Source of the DNA: Candidatus Scatosoma sp.
GTDB lineage: Bacteria > Bacillota > Clostridia > Christensenellales > Borkfalkiaceae
Direction of reading: 5' to 3'
Assembly: GCA_045660225.1 (NCBI GenBank)
Contig: JAZRDK010000077.1
Coordinates: forward strand, 7,528 to 71,527
DNA length: 64,000 nucleotides
Each line of letters begins with the position of its first letter. The stretch's first letter is position 1. Of this stretch, positions 55,655-64,000 are shown one piece after another. The notes beneath the pieces are model-generated. The model was not told where the DNA came from. It was given only the letters and a program-made list of their open reading frames with translations, and searched no databases. The position numbers and the translations under genes are program-made.

Positions 55655-57343
55655 TTAGTCTATCTTTATGAGAATTTTTCCGTTTTTGGGTGTCAAAGTA
55701 TATTCCTGGGCAATAAATCCGCCCGTAAGGAAGAAGATTTCTTCCTTCTTTTCTATTTCGCCTTCTAAAACGGTCAAATTTCCGCAAATTAACGGCAGGA
55801 CGTATTTCGTATCGTCCGCGTCGCTAATCTCGATTTTAAGCCCGTTTTCGCTAAGCATAAACGCAATCTTGGGGTGCACGCCGTCCAAGGTTTGGTCGTT
55901 TTTCGACGTCAGCCCCGTTTGCGCCTTCACCGTGTATTCCGCGTCCGTTTTTTCAAACGACGTCGTCGCCGATTGATAGAAGGATGACGCGTATTCGACG
56001 CCGTCCTTTACCGCCGTAAACCTGGGGACGAGCGGACGGTGTTTGTCGCGGTTTAACGTTTGTTGCATATTCGTCGGCTCGACCAAAAAATAGTCGGTAA
56101 CCGACGCCATAACCATCGGACCTTTCGTTTTGTGGTGGAGCGCGGTCAGCGTACCGCCCGTTGCGTGTCCGCTGAAGAAGACGTCGAAATCGTAGTCGGT
56201 AATCGTCGCCAAATAGTCGCCCTTAATAAAACGCCAGGTGTTGACTTCGGGATAATATTTACAACCTTCACGCTTGTCCGAAGGGATTTCTACGCCCTGT
56301 GGACACAGGTATTTTTCGTCGACGTTTTCCAGCGCAAACGCAATGGAATTGACGTGTTCGAAAAGGTGGTGCGTGCAGGCGTGTTCGCCGTTTTTCTTAT
56401 AATCGGGTCCGCCGTACAAAAATCCGTCCGGGGAGCATTTTTCCAAAAGTTGCGTGTTTCTGTACGCGCCTTCCGCAAACGCCGGGTTTTTGTCCGCAAG
56501 CAAAAGGAGCATCGGCGCGCAACCGTCCGACGTACGAGAACCCCAGTACGTCCACTTGTTGTTTCTGTTGCCGAAACTGTTGTCCCAACCGCCGTCGGGG
56601 AGCAGGAAGTCGAAATGCGCCGAAATAATAGGCAGGACGTCTTCCAGCAGTTTTTCGTCGCCGATTTCGTGCGCGTATTTGACGAGCGCCGGCAACGATT
56701 CTTCTACGTTATAGCCAACGTCCACCGACTTACAGCCCTTTGCGGAAACCTTGTCGTGCGGTTTACTTTCGCCGTACAAAAGTCCGCTTTCGCTGATATG
56801 TGCTAACGCGTAGCTTACCAAACGATGCGCGCGGTCTAAATACTTTTGCTCTCCAAAGTAATTGCCGGAAAGCGCCAAGGCAAGCCCGTTGGTGGTTGCA
56901 TAGTTGATGTTTGCAGGCGATTTTTCGTCCAAGTTCAGATACAGCCACTCCGCCATACCCCTTGCGCGCGTTTCAAACGCGGACTTGGTTTTCTCGTCCA
57001 AAACGTCTTTGCCGGCACGTAACGCTTCGATGACGGCGATTTGGTGGAACGTCGTCGTATAGCGCCAATTTGCCTGCGCGTCGTTGTACAACGCACCGTC
57101 CGTGCAAAGCATATTTTCGCCGTAGGCGAAGACTTCTTTCGCCGCTTTTAAGTATTTCTTTTTGCCCGACAATTTTGCCATCACGACAAAGCCGTATACG
57201 GCGTCGGGACATCTACCGTGTATCATTTTACACGAGCGACACCAAATTCCGCCACGGAACGCCTTGTCCTTGCCCTTGTCCTGCACGGAAATCAATGCGT
57301 CGCAATACGCTTTTAATAACCTTTTGTAGATATTCTTTTCCAT
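55655..57343 (-). CDS. Hypothetical protein (562 aa), possibly alpha/alpha-toroid
   Basis: I chose ATG 57343 because a terminator hairpin (57352-57385) occupies the track's N-terminal extension. No family recognised. Confidence 0.55.
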   Translation of the reverse strand: MEKNIYKRLLKAYCDALISVQDKGKDKAFRGGIWCRSCKMIHGRCPDAVYGFVVMAKLSGKKKYLKAAKEVFAYGENMLCTDGALYNDAQANWRYTTTFHQIAVIEALRAGKDVLDEKTKSAFETRARGMAEWLYLNLDEKSPANINYATTNGLALALSGNYFGEQKYLDRAHRLVSYALAHISESGLLYGESKPHDKVSAKGCKSVDVGYNVEESLPALVKYAHEIGDEKLLEDVLPIISAHFDFLLPDGGWDNSFGNRNNKWTYWGSRTSDGCAPMLLLLADKNPAFAEGAYRNTQLLEKCSPDGFLYGGPDYKKNGEHACTHHLFEHVNSIAFALENVDEKYLCPQGVEIPSDKREGCKYYPEVNTWRFIKGDYLATITDYDFDVFFSGHATGGTLTALHHKTKGPMVMASVTDYFLVEPTNMQQTLNRDKHRPLVPRFTAVKDGVEYASSFYQSATTSFEKTDAEYTVKAQTGLTSKNDQTLDGVHPKIAFMLSENGLKIEISDADDTKYVLPLICGNLTVLEGEIEKKEEIFFLTGGFIAQEYTLTPKNGKILIKID

Positions 57344-57351
57344 AACTTCCC

Positions 57352-57385
57352 AAAAAAGACGGGGTACGGGTTTTTCCCGTACCCC
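57352..57385 (-). terminator. Rho-independent terminator after the 1044-aa lipoprotein gene
   Basis: GGGGTACGGG / CCCGTACCCC stem followed by GTCTTTTTT on the minus strand. Confidence 0.8.
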
Positions 57386-57464
57386 GCGCGTCCATCTCAT
57401 TATACGAAATACTTTTTCATTTGTCAATAGACTTTCTTTACGTCTTTATGGACAAAATGAACTT

Positions 57465-60400
57465 TTACGCGTTTACGACGTTGAAGGTAATACCTATAGG
57501 CGTAACCGTTACCGATGCAAAATAATAGGTAATTTCCGCCGCGTTGATGACGACGTTTTGGTACGTCGTTTTCGTGTCGTTTTCACGTGTAAATACTTCG
57601 CTAATCTTCTTGCCAGGTGCGTTTATCGTCAAGTTGACGTATTTACAGTTTTTCGTACCAAAGGCAATGATACCCGTCGTTTTGTTTGCGCTGTCGCTGT
57701 CGTCCCAAAGCGCCAAGTCTGCACTTGCAGCGAAGGTGATGGTTACGTTTTCTATCGTTGCGCCACCCATACCTCTTGCAAGAAGGACGTCGTTGTGCGC
57801 CGAACGGAGCACGCCTTCGAAGGTAAGGTTTTTAATGACCGCACCTTCGCTGATTTGGCCGAGGAAACCGTTTCTCGTCGACTTGTAGTTCAAGAGTTTG
57901 TGTCCCCTACCGTCCAAGGTTGCGACAAAACCCATCTTGTGGTCCCAGTCGTTTACCCAGAGCACGTTGTTCATGGCTTCTTCTTCAAAGTCTACGTCTC
58001 TGTCAAGCACGTAGTGGCCGTAAACCATATGCCCTGCTTTCTTTACGACGAGCGACTGTTCCATTTCAATCTTCGAAGAAAGTACCTTCGTAATCAAAAG
58101 CACCTTCGTTTCAAACACGTACACGATTTCGCCTGCATACATTTCGATAATCAGCATTTTTTCGCCGTAATTTTCTACGCCAAACGCAGACGTGTAGAAC
58201 GTGAACGTGCCGTTAGAATACGAGAACTTGGTTTCGTCGATAATTCTTTCGTCGATTCTCGCCGAAAGAATTTCGCCGTAGTCTTTGCCCGGTTCTACTG
58301 TAAAGCTTACGCTTTCCGTTGCCGTTTCATTGACGCGGAAAATCGTCTTGTTTTCCGTCGCATCGTACGTAGACGTCAAATCCAAATCGACGTCCTTTGC
58401 AGGTGCGTCCGAGCGAATTAATACTCTTTCGTAAACCTGTGCCACGAAAAGAATCTCAATTTCGACGCCTTCGTAGGAAACGGTTGCCAACGTCGAGCCG
58501 TCCGATACGGCAACGATGTTGCCTTCTTCAAGCTTGACGATTTCTTCGTCGAATTCCCATTCAAAATCCTTCGCCTCTGCCTTTTTGCCTTCTATGTAAA
58601 TAGCGATATGCGCATTAGGGTTGAAGGGTTTGCCGATAGAGTATTGATAAACCCCGCCGTTTTGCGTCAAGCCTTCCACTTTTACCATCTTGCCGGCAAG
58701 CGAAATGCCTTCAAAAAGCGCAACGTCTTTCGTCGTGCAGTTGGTTACAATCGCGTCTTTTACAACGACGTTTTCGTAGGTGGAAGAGCCTTCGCTTACG
58801 CCGATAAGGCAGAAGATTTCGTGGTTTTGACCAACGATGGTAACGTTTTTGTAAACGTTATTTTTCGTAGAGTGCGAAAGGAAACCGCCCTTGCCCGTAC
58901 CACTAATCGCGCCGTTTTCAGGCGTCGAATCTGCGGTAAGGTTAATGGTTACGTTTTCTACCGTTGCTCCGCCCATAGCACGCGCCAAAACTGAACGACT
59001 TGTCATGCTTGCGCCTGCGCCAACGTAAAGCAAGTTTTCAAAGACGATATTTTTAATGACAGCGCCGTTGCCGACTTGCGACATCAAACCATAGTTATCC
59101 GACTTGCAGTTTTTGATGGAGTAGCCTTTGCCGTCCAACGTGCCTCTAAAACCGTTTACGTAGTTAAAGTCCGTCGCATAATCCGAGCCCATGCCGTAAC
59201 CTGCCAGCTCTAAATCTGCGCCCAACGCGTAGTAACCGAAGTTTACGTCGCCCGCCCATTTCGTAGGTACGTAGGCGCGATAGTCCGCAAGCGTGTTGAT
59301 AACCTTCGTAATCATCAACGTTTTTACGGTGAAATTGTAAATGACGTCGTCCACTTCCGATTCAAATACAAACGTCTTTTCGCCGTACGTGTCCGTACCG
59401 AAGAAGTTTGCCGTCGTTCTTGCTTTGCCGTTTGCAAATTCAAAAATGCCTTCGTCCAAAGGTTTTCCATCCAGCGTAACGCTGATAAGGTTACCGTAAT
59501 TTACGCCTTCTTCACCAAGCGCAAGCTCGACAAATTGCATCGCGTTGGCAGTAAACGTTCTTTCGCCGTTTATGTTTGCTGCGCCTTGCTTTTCCGTAAC
59601 GACTGCGCTGATGTTTACGTCCAAGTTAACGTCCTGCACGCCTTCCGCCGTGATATACTGACGGTCTTTTGCAACGCGGACTTGTACGTTGACGGGCCAA
59701 TCTTTATACGTCGTCGAAAGGGTTACTACACCTTCCTTTTTACCTACAAGTTTGCCGTCTTGGTCAATTTCCACAACGTCCGTGTCCGAAATCGTCCAAG
59801 TCAACGAATCGTTGGGTACAAGTACGCCCTTGTCGTAGATTTCTACGTTGGACGTGTATATCGGCGCGTATTCCTGCAAGCCTTTGCGGACGCAAAGCTC
59901 GTTAACGTCGCCGTTCATGACTGCGTCTTTCACAAGGTATATAACGTCCACTTCTTTTACGCTGATATTCACAGTTTCCGCGTACGTTTGACCGAAAATG
60001 GTTGCGTATACGGTAAACTGCGCCTCGCCCGTTTCGTTTGCAACAAACGTCCAGTTGTTACCTTCCGTCGTTGCAGAAACCGCCGTGTTGCCTTCTTCGT
60101 TGGCGTTGAAACCGTACGTCGCGTACGCCGAAACGTCGATGCCGTTGTACGTAAGCGACGCCGTAATCGTATAGCTCGTTCCCTTCAAGATGGAAAGGTT
60201 GGTTTCCACCGCGAAAACAGGAAGCGCTCTCTTTCTCAAAACGGTAACGGTGCAGACGTCGGCAACGTCACCGCACTTTGCGGTAATCGTAACCGAGCCT
60301 TCTTTTACGTTTGCCTGCAAGACGCCGTTTGCGTCCACAGAAACGATGCTAGGGTCAGAACTTTCCCAAACGACTGCGCCCGCGTTTTTCGTTTCCACGG

Positions 60401-60599
60401 TCAACGCACGCGTTTCGAAACAGTCCATCGTCAACATCGAGTCGGTGATGTCCACCACCGTCTTCAACTCTTCTACAGACGACGAAGACGTATCGACGCT
60501 GGACGACGTAGAAGAATCTCCGTCGTCTTTACAACCGACCATAAGCAGGGTCGACGCCGATAAAATGCCGAGCAATCCAAAAATAATTTTCTTTTTCAT
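57465..60599 (-). CDS. Surface lipoprotein (1044 aa) with Big_2-like Ig domains and two modules of the giant-protein type
   Basis: Lipobox LLMVGC plus a Ser-rich linker. WESSDPSIVSVDANGVLQANVKEGSVTITA is Big_2-like. There are two LITKV... modules, with GFRGTLDGKGYSIKNC and GFVATLDGRGHKLLNY. Confidence 0.85.
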   Translation of the reverse strand: MKKKIIFGLLGILSASTLLMVGCKDDGDSSTSSSVDTSSSSVEELKTVVDITDSMLTMDCFETRALTVETKNAGAVVWESSDPSIVSVDANGVLQANVKEGSVTITAKCGDVADVCTVTVLRKRALPVFAVETNLSILKGTSYTITASLTYNGIDVSAYATYGFNANEEGNTAVSATTEGNNWTFVANETGEAQFTVYATIFGQTYAETVNISVKEVDVIYLVKDAVMNGDVNELCVRKGLQEYAPIYTSNVEIYDKGVLVPNDSLTWTISDTDVVEIDQDGKLVGKKEGVVTLSTTYKDWPVNVQVRVAKDRQYITAEGVQDVNLDVNISAVVTEKQGAANINGERTFTANAMQFVELALGEEGVNYGNLISVTLDGKPLDEGIFEFANGKARTTANFFGTDTYGEKTFVFESEVDDVIYNFTVKTLMITKVINTLADYRAYVPTKWAGDVNFGYYALGADLELAGYGMGSDYATDFNYVNGFRGTLDGKGYSIKNCKSDNYGLMSQVGNGAVIKNIVFENLLYVGAGASMTSRSVLARAMGGATVENVTINLTADSTPENGAISGTGKGGFLSHSTKNNVYKNVTIVGQNHEIFCLIGVSEGSSTYENVVVKDAIVTNCTTKDVALFEGISLAGKMVKVEGLTQNGGVYQYSIGKPFNPNAHIAIYIEGKKAEAKDFEWEFDEEIVKLEEGNIVAVSDGSTLATVSYEGVEIEILFVAQVYERVLIRSDAPAKDVDLDLTSTYDATENKTIFRVNETATESVSFTVEPGKDYGEILSARIDERIIDETKFSYSNGTFTFYTSAFGVENYGEKMLIIEMYAGEIVYVFETKVLLITKVLSSKIEMEQSLVVKKAGHMVYGHYVLDRDVDFEEEAMNNVLWVNDWDHKMGFVATLDGRGHKLLNYKSTRNGFLGQISEGAVIKNLTFEGVLRSAHNDVLLARGMGGATIENVTITFAASADLALWDDSDSANKTTGIIAFGTKNCKYVNLTINAPGKKISEVFTRENDTKTTYQNVVINAAEITYYFASVTVTPIGITFNVVNA

Positions 60600-60612
60600 G
60601 TTCGTCCTCCCC

Positions 60613-62637
60613 TTACATTAAGCCCCATCTCTTGTAGGTTTCCGTTACGTAGCGATGCTCCGTATCTTGAACAAGTCCAAGTTCGTCAGCGTCTACCTTA
60701 AACTGTTCGCGAAGTTTACGGATTTCCGTAGCCGTGTAACTTGCTTCGTGCAAGGTGCAAAGCGCGTATTGAGGGAACAGCGTTTCAATCTTGATATGTT
60801 TTACGTACTTTTCCCAAAGCGTAGGATTTTCAAGTTCTAAATGCGCAACCGCCTTATACGCTTTGTCCATATCTTCAAGCCAACCTTCCAAAAGCTCCTT
60901 CGGCCAGTAACGTTTTTCACTACCGATTTCTTGGTAGACACCGCCCGCAAGCTCGTTGGGGTAAACTGCTTCAAGGTACGTTTCCCATTCGCGGAGTTCG
61001 TTGTAGTAGTTCAACATAATATCCGCAGCAGGACCGTAGTAGTGCGTAAAGAACTTGTTCTTATAGTATTCGTACGAAATCGTAACGTCGAATTGCGCCC
61101 TAGAGTCAAGGTATTCCTTTAACTTACCAAAGCAGGTTACGTTTTCGCTGTAACGTTGACCTTCGTTGTAGATAACGTTTGCGCCGTTCTGCTTGAAGAA
61201 GTAGTAGGTGTCCACCATCGACGAGTAGGTGTTATACGGGAACATATAGTGATGGTAGTCCGTTTCGTATACCCAAGCCATGAAGTGGTCCGTGTACTCA
61301 CTCCAGTTGCGTACTTGTTCTGCATACACTTGGTTAGATTCGTGATAGAACGGGTGTATGTATTTCGCGTGCAAAGGCGCGATGAATACGGTAATGTTAG
61401 GGCTACACTTAAGCGTAGGGTCTTCTGCTACGGGCGTCGTAGGAGGCGCGGAGGACGTGTGGTATGCAAAGAAGGAAATTTGCACCCTTCTCTTCTTCGT
61501 GCCCGTTTCTTGCGCGTAGTCTTCAAGCGCCTTTTGGAATTTCGCGTCAAGGTCGTTCATATAACGAATAATCGTCGCCGAAATTGCGCCGTCCTTTTCC
61601 AAAACGCGCGTACATTCGTCACAGTCACAACAAACGGGCGCGTCCGCCTGCGTAATCGTGATGACGCCCTGTTCGGGTTGCGACAAAACTTCGTTCATCA
61701 TAACTTCGAGCATAGCTTCTTGCATCGCTTCGTATTTCTCTTGATTACCGCGCGCCGTATAACAAAGCTGTCTATGCGTAGCGTTGGTCGAGAACCACTC
61801 GGGATACTCCGAAAGCCACTTTTCCACGGGAAGGAATTCGAAAATGTTGTGTACCGTCTTACGACCTTCACCAACCCTTACGAAAAGGAGGTTGGTGTCA
61901 AAGCCCATGCCGTACTTACCTGCATCCGTCATCCAGTTGGTATAATTACGGTAATCGTAGTCGGGACGTTCGATGATGTCCAAATCAGGCAAGGTAGCCG
62001 CAACGTTTTCGTATACGACGGTGTCGTGCGCAATCATATCATAGCCGATAACCGCTTTCAAGAAAGCGATTGCGCCGTGTTGATAACCGTTGTACATATC
62101 TACTTCAATAAATACGGAATTGCCGTACGATTTTACGTAGTAGCCTGCAGGGCCAAGGTCTTCTTCGGGCATTTTCAAGCCACAGTCTTCGAAAACATCG
62201 GTGCAACCGACGAAGATGCATTTCGTATTTTTGTCTACCGTTGCTCCGGATTCCTTAAACGCCGTCAACGTTTGAGGCGTGAAACTCGCGTTAGATGCGT
62301 CGCTAAGGTGCTGGGAAATGAACGTTGCCGCACGCATTTTGTACACGTCCGTTTCTTCTACGATGATTTTATAATCCGTCGTAGCCTTTTTCGTACCTGC
62401 GTCCGTAACGAACGTTCTGTCCGTAGGCGTTACGTTGACTTTATGCAACGTGTTGGTGAGAGGCCCTCTGTCGTACGTGTCGTTGTAAACGTTTTCAGGG
62501 GTTGTGCCTTCTACAGAGCTTGTCTGCGACGAGTCGCCACTTTCACCGTCGTCCTTACAACCTGCGAAGGAGAAGACGCTGAACAACGAAACGCCTGCAA
62601 GCATCATAGAAAACAATTTCATAAATTTATTTTTCAT
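60613..62637 (-). CDS. DUF4838-like lipoprotein (putative glycosidase), 674 aa
   Basis: Lipobox FSFAGC. YKIIVEE...MRAATFISQHL...GAIAFLKAVIGYDM, QADAPVCCDCDECTRV and ISFFAYH parallel the C-terminal region of the giant protein. Confidence 0.7.
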   Translation of the reverse strand: MKNKFMKLFSMMLAGVSLFSVFSFAGCKDDGESGDSSQTSSVEGTTPENVYNDTYDRGPLTNTLHKVNVTPTDRTFVTDAGTKKATTDYKIIVEETDVYKMRAATFISQHLSDASNASFTPQTLTAFKESGATVDKNTKCIFVGCTDVFEDCGLKMPEEDLGPAGYYVKSYGNSVFIEVDMYNGYQHGAIAFLKAVIGYDMIAHDTVVYENVAATLPDLDIIERPDYDYRNYTNWMTDAGKYGMGFDTNLLFVRVGEGRKTVHNIFEFLPVEKWLSEYPEWFSTNATHRQLCYTARGNQEKYEAMQEAMLEVMMNEVLSQPEQGVITITQADAPVCCDCDECTRVLEKDGAISATIIRYMNDLDAKFQKALEDYAQETGTKKRRVQISFFAYHTSSAPPTTPVAEDPTLKCSPNITVFIAPLHAKYIHPFYHESNQVYAEQVRNWSEYTDHFMAWVYETDYHHYMFPYNTYSSMVDTYYFFKQNGANVIYNEGQRYSENVTCFGKLKEYLDSRAQFDVTISYEYYKNKFFTHYYGPAADIMLNYYNELREWETYLEAVYPNELAGGVYQEIGSEKRYWPKELLEGWLEDMDKAYKAVAHLELENPTLWEKYVKHIKIETLFPQYALCTLHEASYTATEIRKLREQFKVDADELGLVQDTEHRYVTETYKRWGLM

Positions 62638-62655
62638 TTTCTTTTCACTCCTTCT

Positions 62656-64000
62656 TTATTTCGTTACGGTGACGTCAAACGTCTGATGTGTGATATTACC
62701 GGCTTCGTCCGCGACGATGACGCGGAAATGGTAAACGCCTTCATGGTGCACCCTAATCGCGTTGCCGGGGAGCATAACCAGTTGTCCCATAGGATTGTCT
62801 ACGAATACCGCCACGACAATCTTATCGGTCGGCGTGAAGTTATCGCTTACCGTGTACGTAGGTACGATGATAAGTTCGCCCACCTTGGCTTCGGTGACAA
62901 ACGCGCCGTCCCACTTAATTTCGGGTTCGACTTCGTCCACGACGTTAATCGTGTATACAAACGTAGCCGAGTTGCCACGCTTTATAAATTCGCCGTCTTC
63001 CACTGCTTCGTAGGATACGAGATAGAAACCGATATCGTCCAAGCTAATTTCGTAATCCTTCGTCGGGTCTGCTTTGTCCAAAAGCACGCCGTTGACGTCC
63101 TTGACGGGCTGACCTTTCGCGTTGGTTACCGTCAAATAGAACTGAAGGTTGGGCGAAAGCGTATCGTACGCAATAGGCGCGTGAATCGTGTATATATCAC
63201 CTTTTTTCCAGCAACCACCCGTTTCCGCGTACGAAACAAGAATCGGCTGAACTCTGTCCGTCTTTGCGGTACTGAAACGCGCGTTGCCGAATTCTACGAA
63301 AAGGAAGCTTGCGCCCACTTCTACGTTTTCTACGGAAACTTCAAGATAGACTTTGTCCGATTCGAAGGAAGCAACCTGCGAAAGGTCGAAGGACGCTTCG
63401 CCTACCGTAAGCACGTTATTCGTATACAGTAAGGTGAACGCCTGCGAATCAAGGGTTTTACCTGCAAACACTTGTCTTCCCGTCGCCGTTTCCAAGTACG
63501 CGTACGTACCGTCGTTGCCCAGCGTGAAGGAAAGCGATTTCGAGTTGTCGATTACGTCTACGAGCTTGAAGGTAAACTTCGTGTTTGCCGTTACGCCGAG
63601 AATCGAGTCGATGGTTGCCGAGAAGTGCTTATGCAAGAACACGTTTGCGTATACGAACGAGTAGTTTGCCGACGTTGCCGTCAACTGGATACCGTCGCTG
63701 GTTCTTTCCTTCGTAAAGCCTTCGCCTACGATGTAGTTTTCCATTGCCAAACGGTTGCTTTCGTCTTCTACGACCCAAGCAAGTACGCCTTTTGCCGTGT
63801 GCGTAGCCAACGTAACGCCCTTGCTCTTGATTTCAAAGACGATGGGCGCGTTGTTTTCCGCCACTTCTATTTTTACTTTTTCGCCTGCCTTATACGCCGT
63901 GCCGTTGACGACAACGTCGCAAAGGTTTCTTTCCAAGTTGCCATCTACGTAGTCGTATGCGTAGTATTCGGGAAGCACGTAGCTATTGCCCGAAATGTAC
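62656..64000 (-). CDS. Secreted Ig-like-repeat protein, C-terminal part (the gene runs off the right edge)
   Basis: The frame stays open upstream of the track's GTG at 63978 (..YISGNSYVLPEYY..). The composition is beta-sandwich-like, and the C-terminal unit is VSDNFTPTDKIVVAV...EGVYHFRVIVADEAGNITHQTFDVTV. Confidence 0.7.
   Translation of the reverse strand, partial: YISGNSYVLPEYYAYDYVDGNLERNLCDVVVNGTAYKAGEKVKIEVAENNAPIVFEIKSKGVTLATHTAKGVLAWVVEDESNRLAMENYIVGEGFTKERTSDGIQLTATSANYSFVYANVFLHKHFSATIDSILGVTANTKFTFKLVDVIDNSKSLSFTLGNDGTYAYLETATGRQVFAGKTLDSQAFTLLYTNNVLTVGEASFDLSQVASFESDKVYLEVSVENVEVGASFLFVEFGNARFSTAKTDRVQPILVSYAETGGCWKKGDIYTIHAPIAYDTLSPNLQFYLTVTNAKGQPVKDVNGVLLDKADPTKDYEISLDDIGFYLVSYEAVEDGEFIKRGNSATFVYTINVVDEVEPEIKWDGAFVTEAKVGELIIVPTYTVSDNFTPTDKIVVAVFVDNPMGQLVMLPGNAIRVHHEGVYHFRVIVADEAGNITHQTFDVTVTK

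Overview
This is a chromosomal window from a Firmicutes/Clostridia-like bacterium: mid GC by eye, GGAGG-type ribosome binding sites, lipobox lipoproteins and a T-box leader. I found no rRNA, CRISPR array, transposase, integrase or phage genes. All family names below come from motif recognition in my own reading, not from database searches.

Most of the window is housekeeping and sugar metabolism:
- mnmA, a T-box-led cysE-cysS pair, murQ, comF, mgsA and trkAH
- two AraC regulators and one DeoR regulator
- several TIM-barrel isomerases, Gfo/Idh/MocA oxidoreductases, and GH63-like, GH109-like and AGE-family enzymes

The coding space is dominated by a paralogous family of very large secreted proteins and lipoproteins. 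Members are a 3733-aa protein (10972..22173), a 1044-aa lipoprotein, a DUF4838-like lipoprotein, and two genes that run off the window edges. They are built from repeated Ig-like plus F-x-G-x-(F/L)-D-G-x-G-x-x-I modules.

Seven RNA genes or RNA-like elements are present:
- a Val-Gly-Cys-Leu(TAA) tRNA operon
- tRNA-Arg(CCG), next to a 105-nt tRNA-like element
- a tRNA-Leu whose anticodon reads AAG

The most interesting items, in order:
1. A tapA-sipW-tasA-like operon. A dedicated SipW-type signal peptidase is flanked by two proteins that share the N-terminal motif GVYATW(T/M)FSEGA.
2. The modular giant-protein family.
3. An in-frame TAG at codon 44 of an otherwise intact cysS.
4. tRNA-Leu(AAG).
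5. tRNA-derived fragments and duplications at two tRNA loci.
6. An AT-rich GIY-YIG gene bracketed by 62-bp direct repeats.
7. A stand-alone 1534-aa Upf1-like helicase-nuclease.
8. Two AraC genes with promoters placed for leaderless mRNAs.
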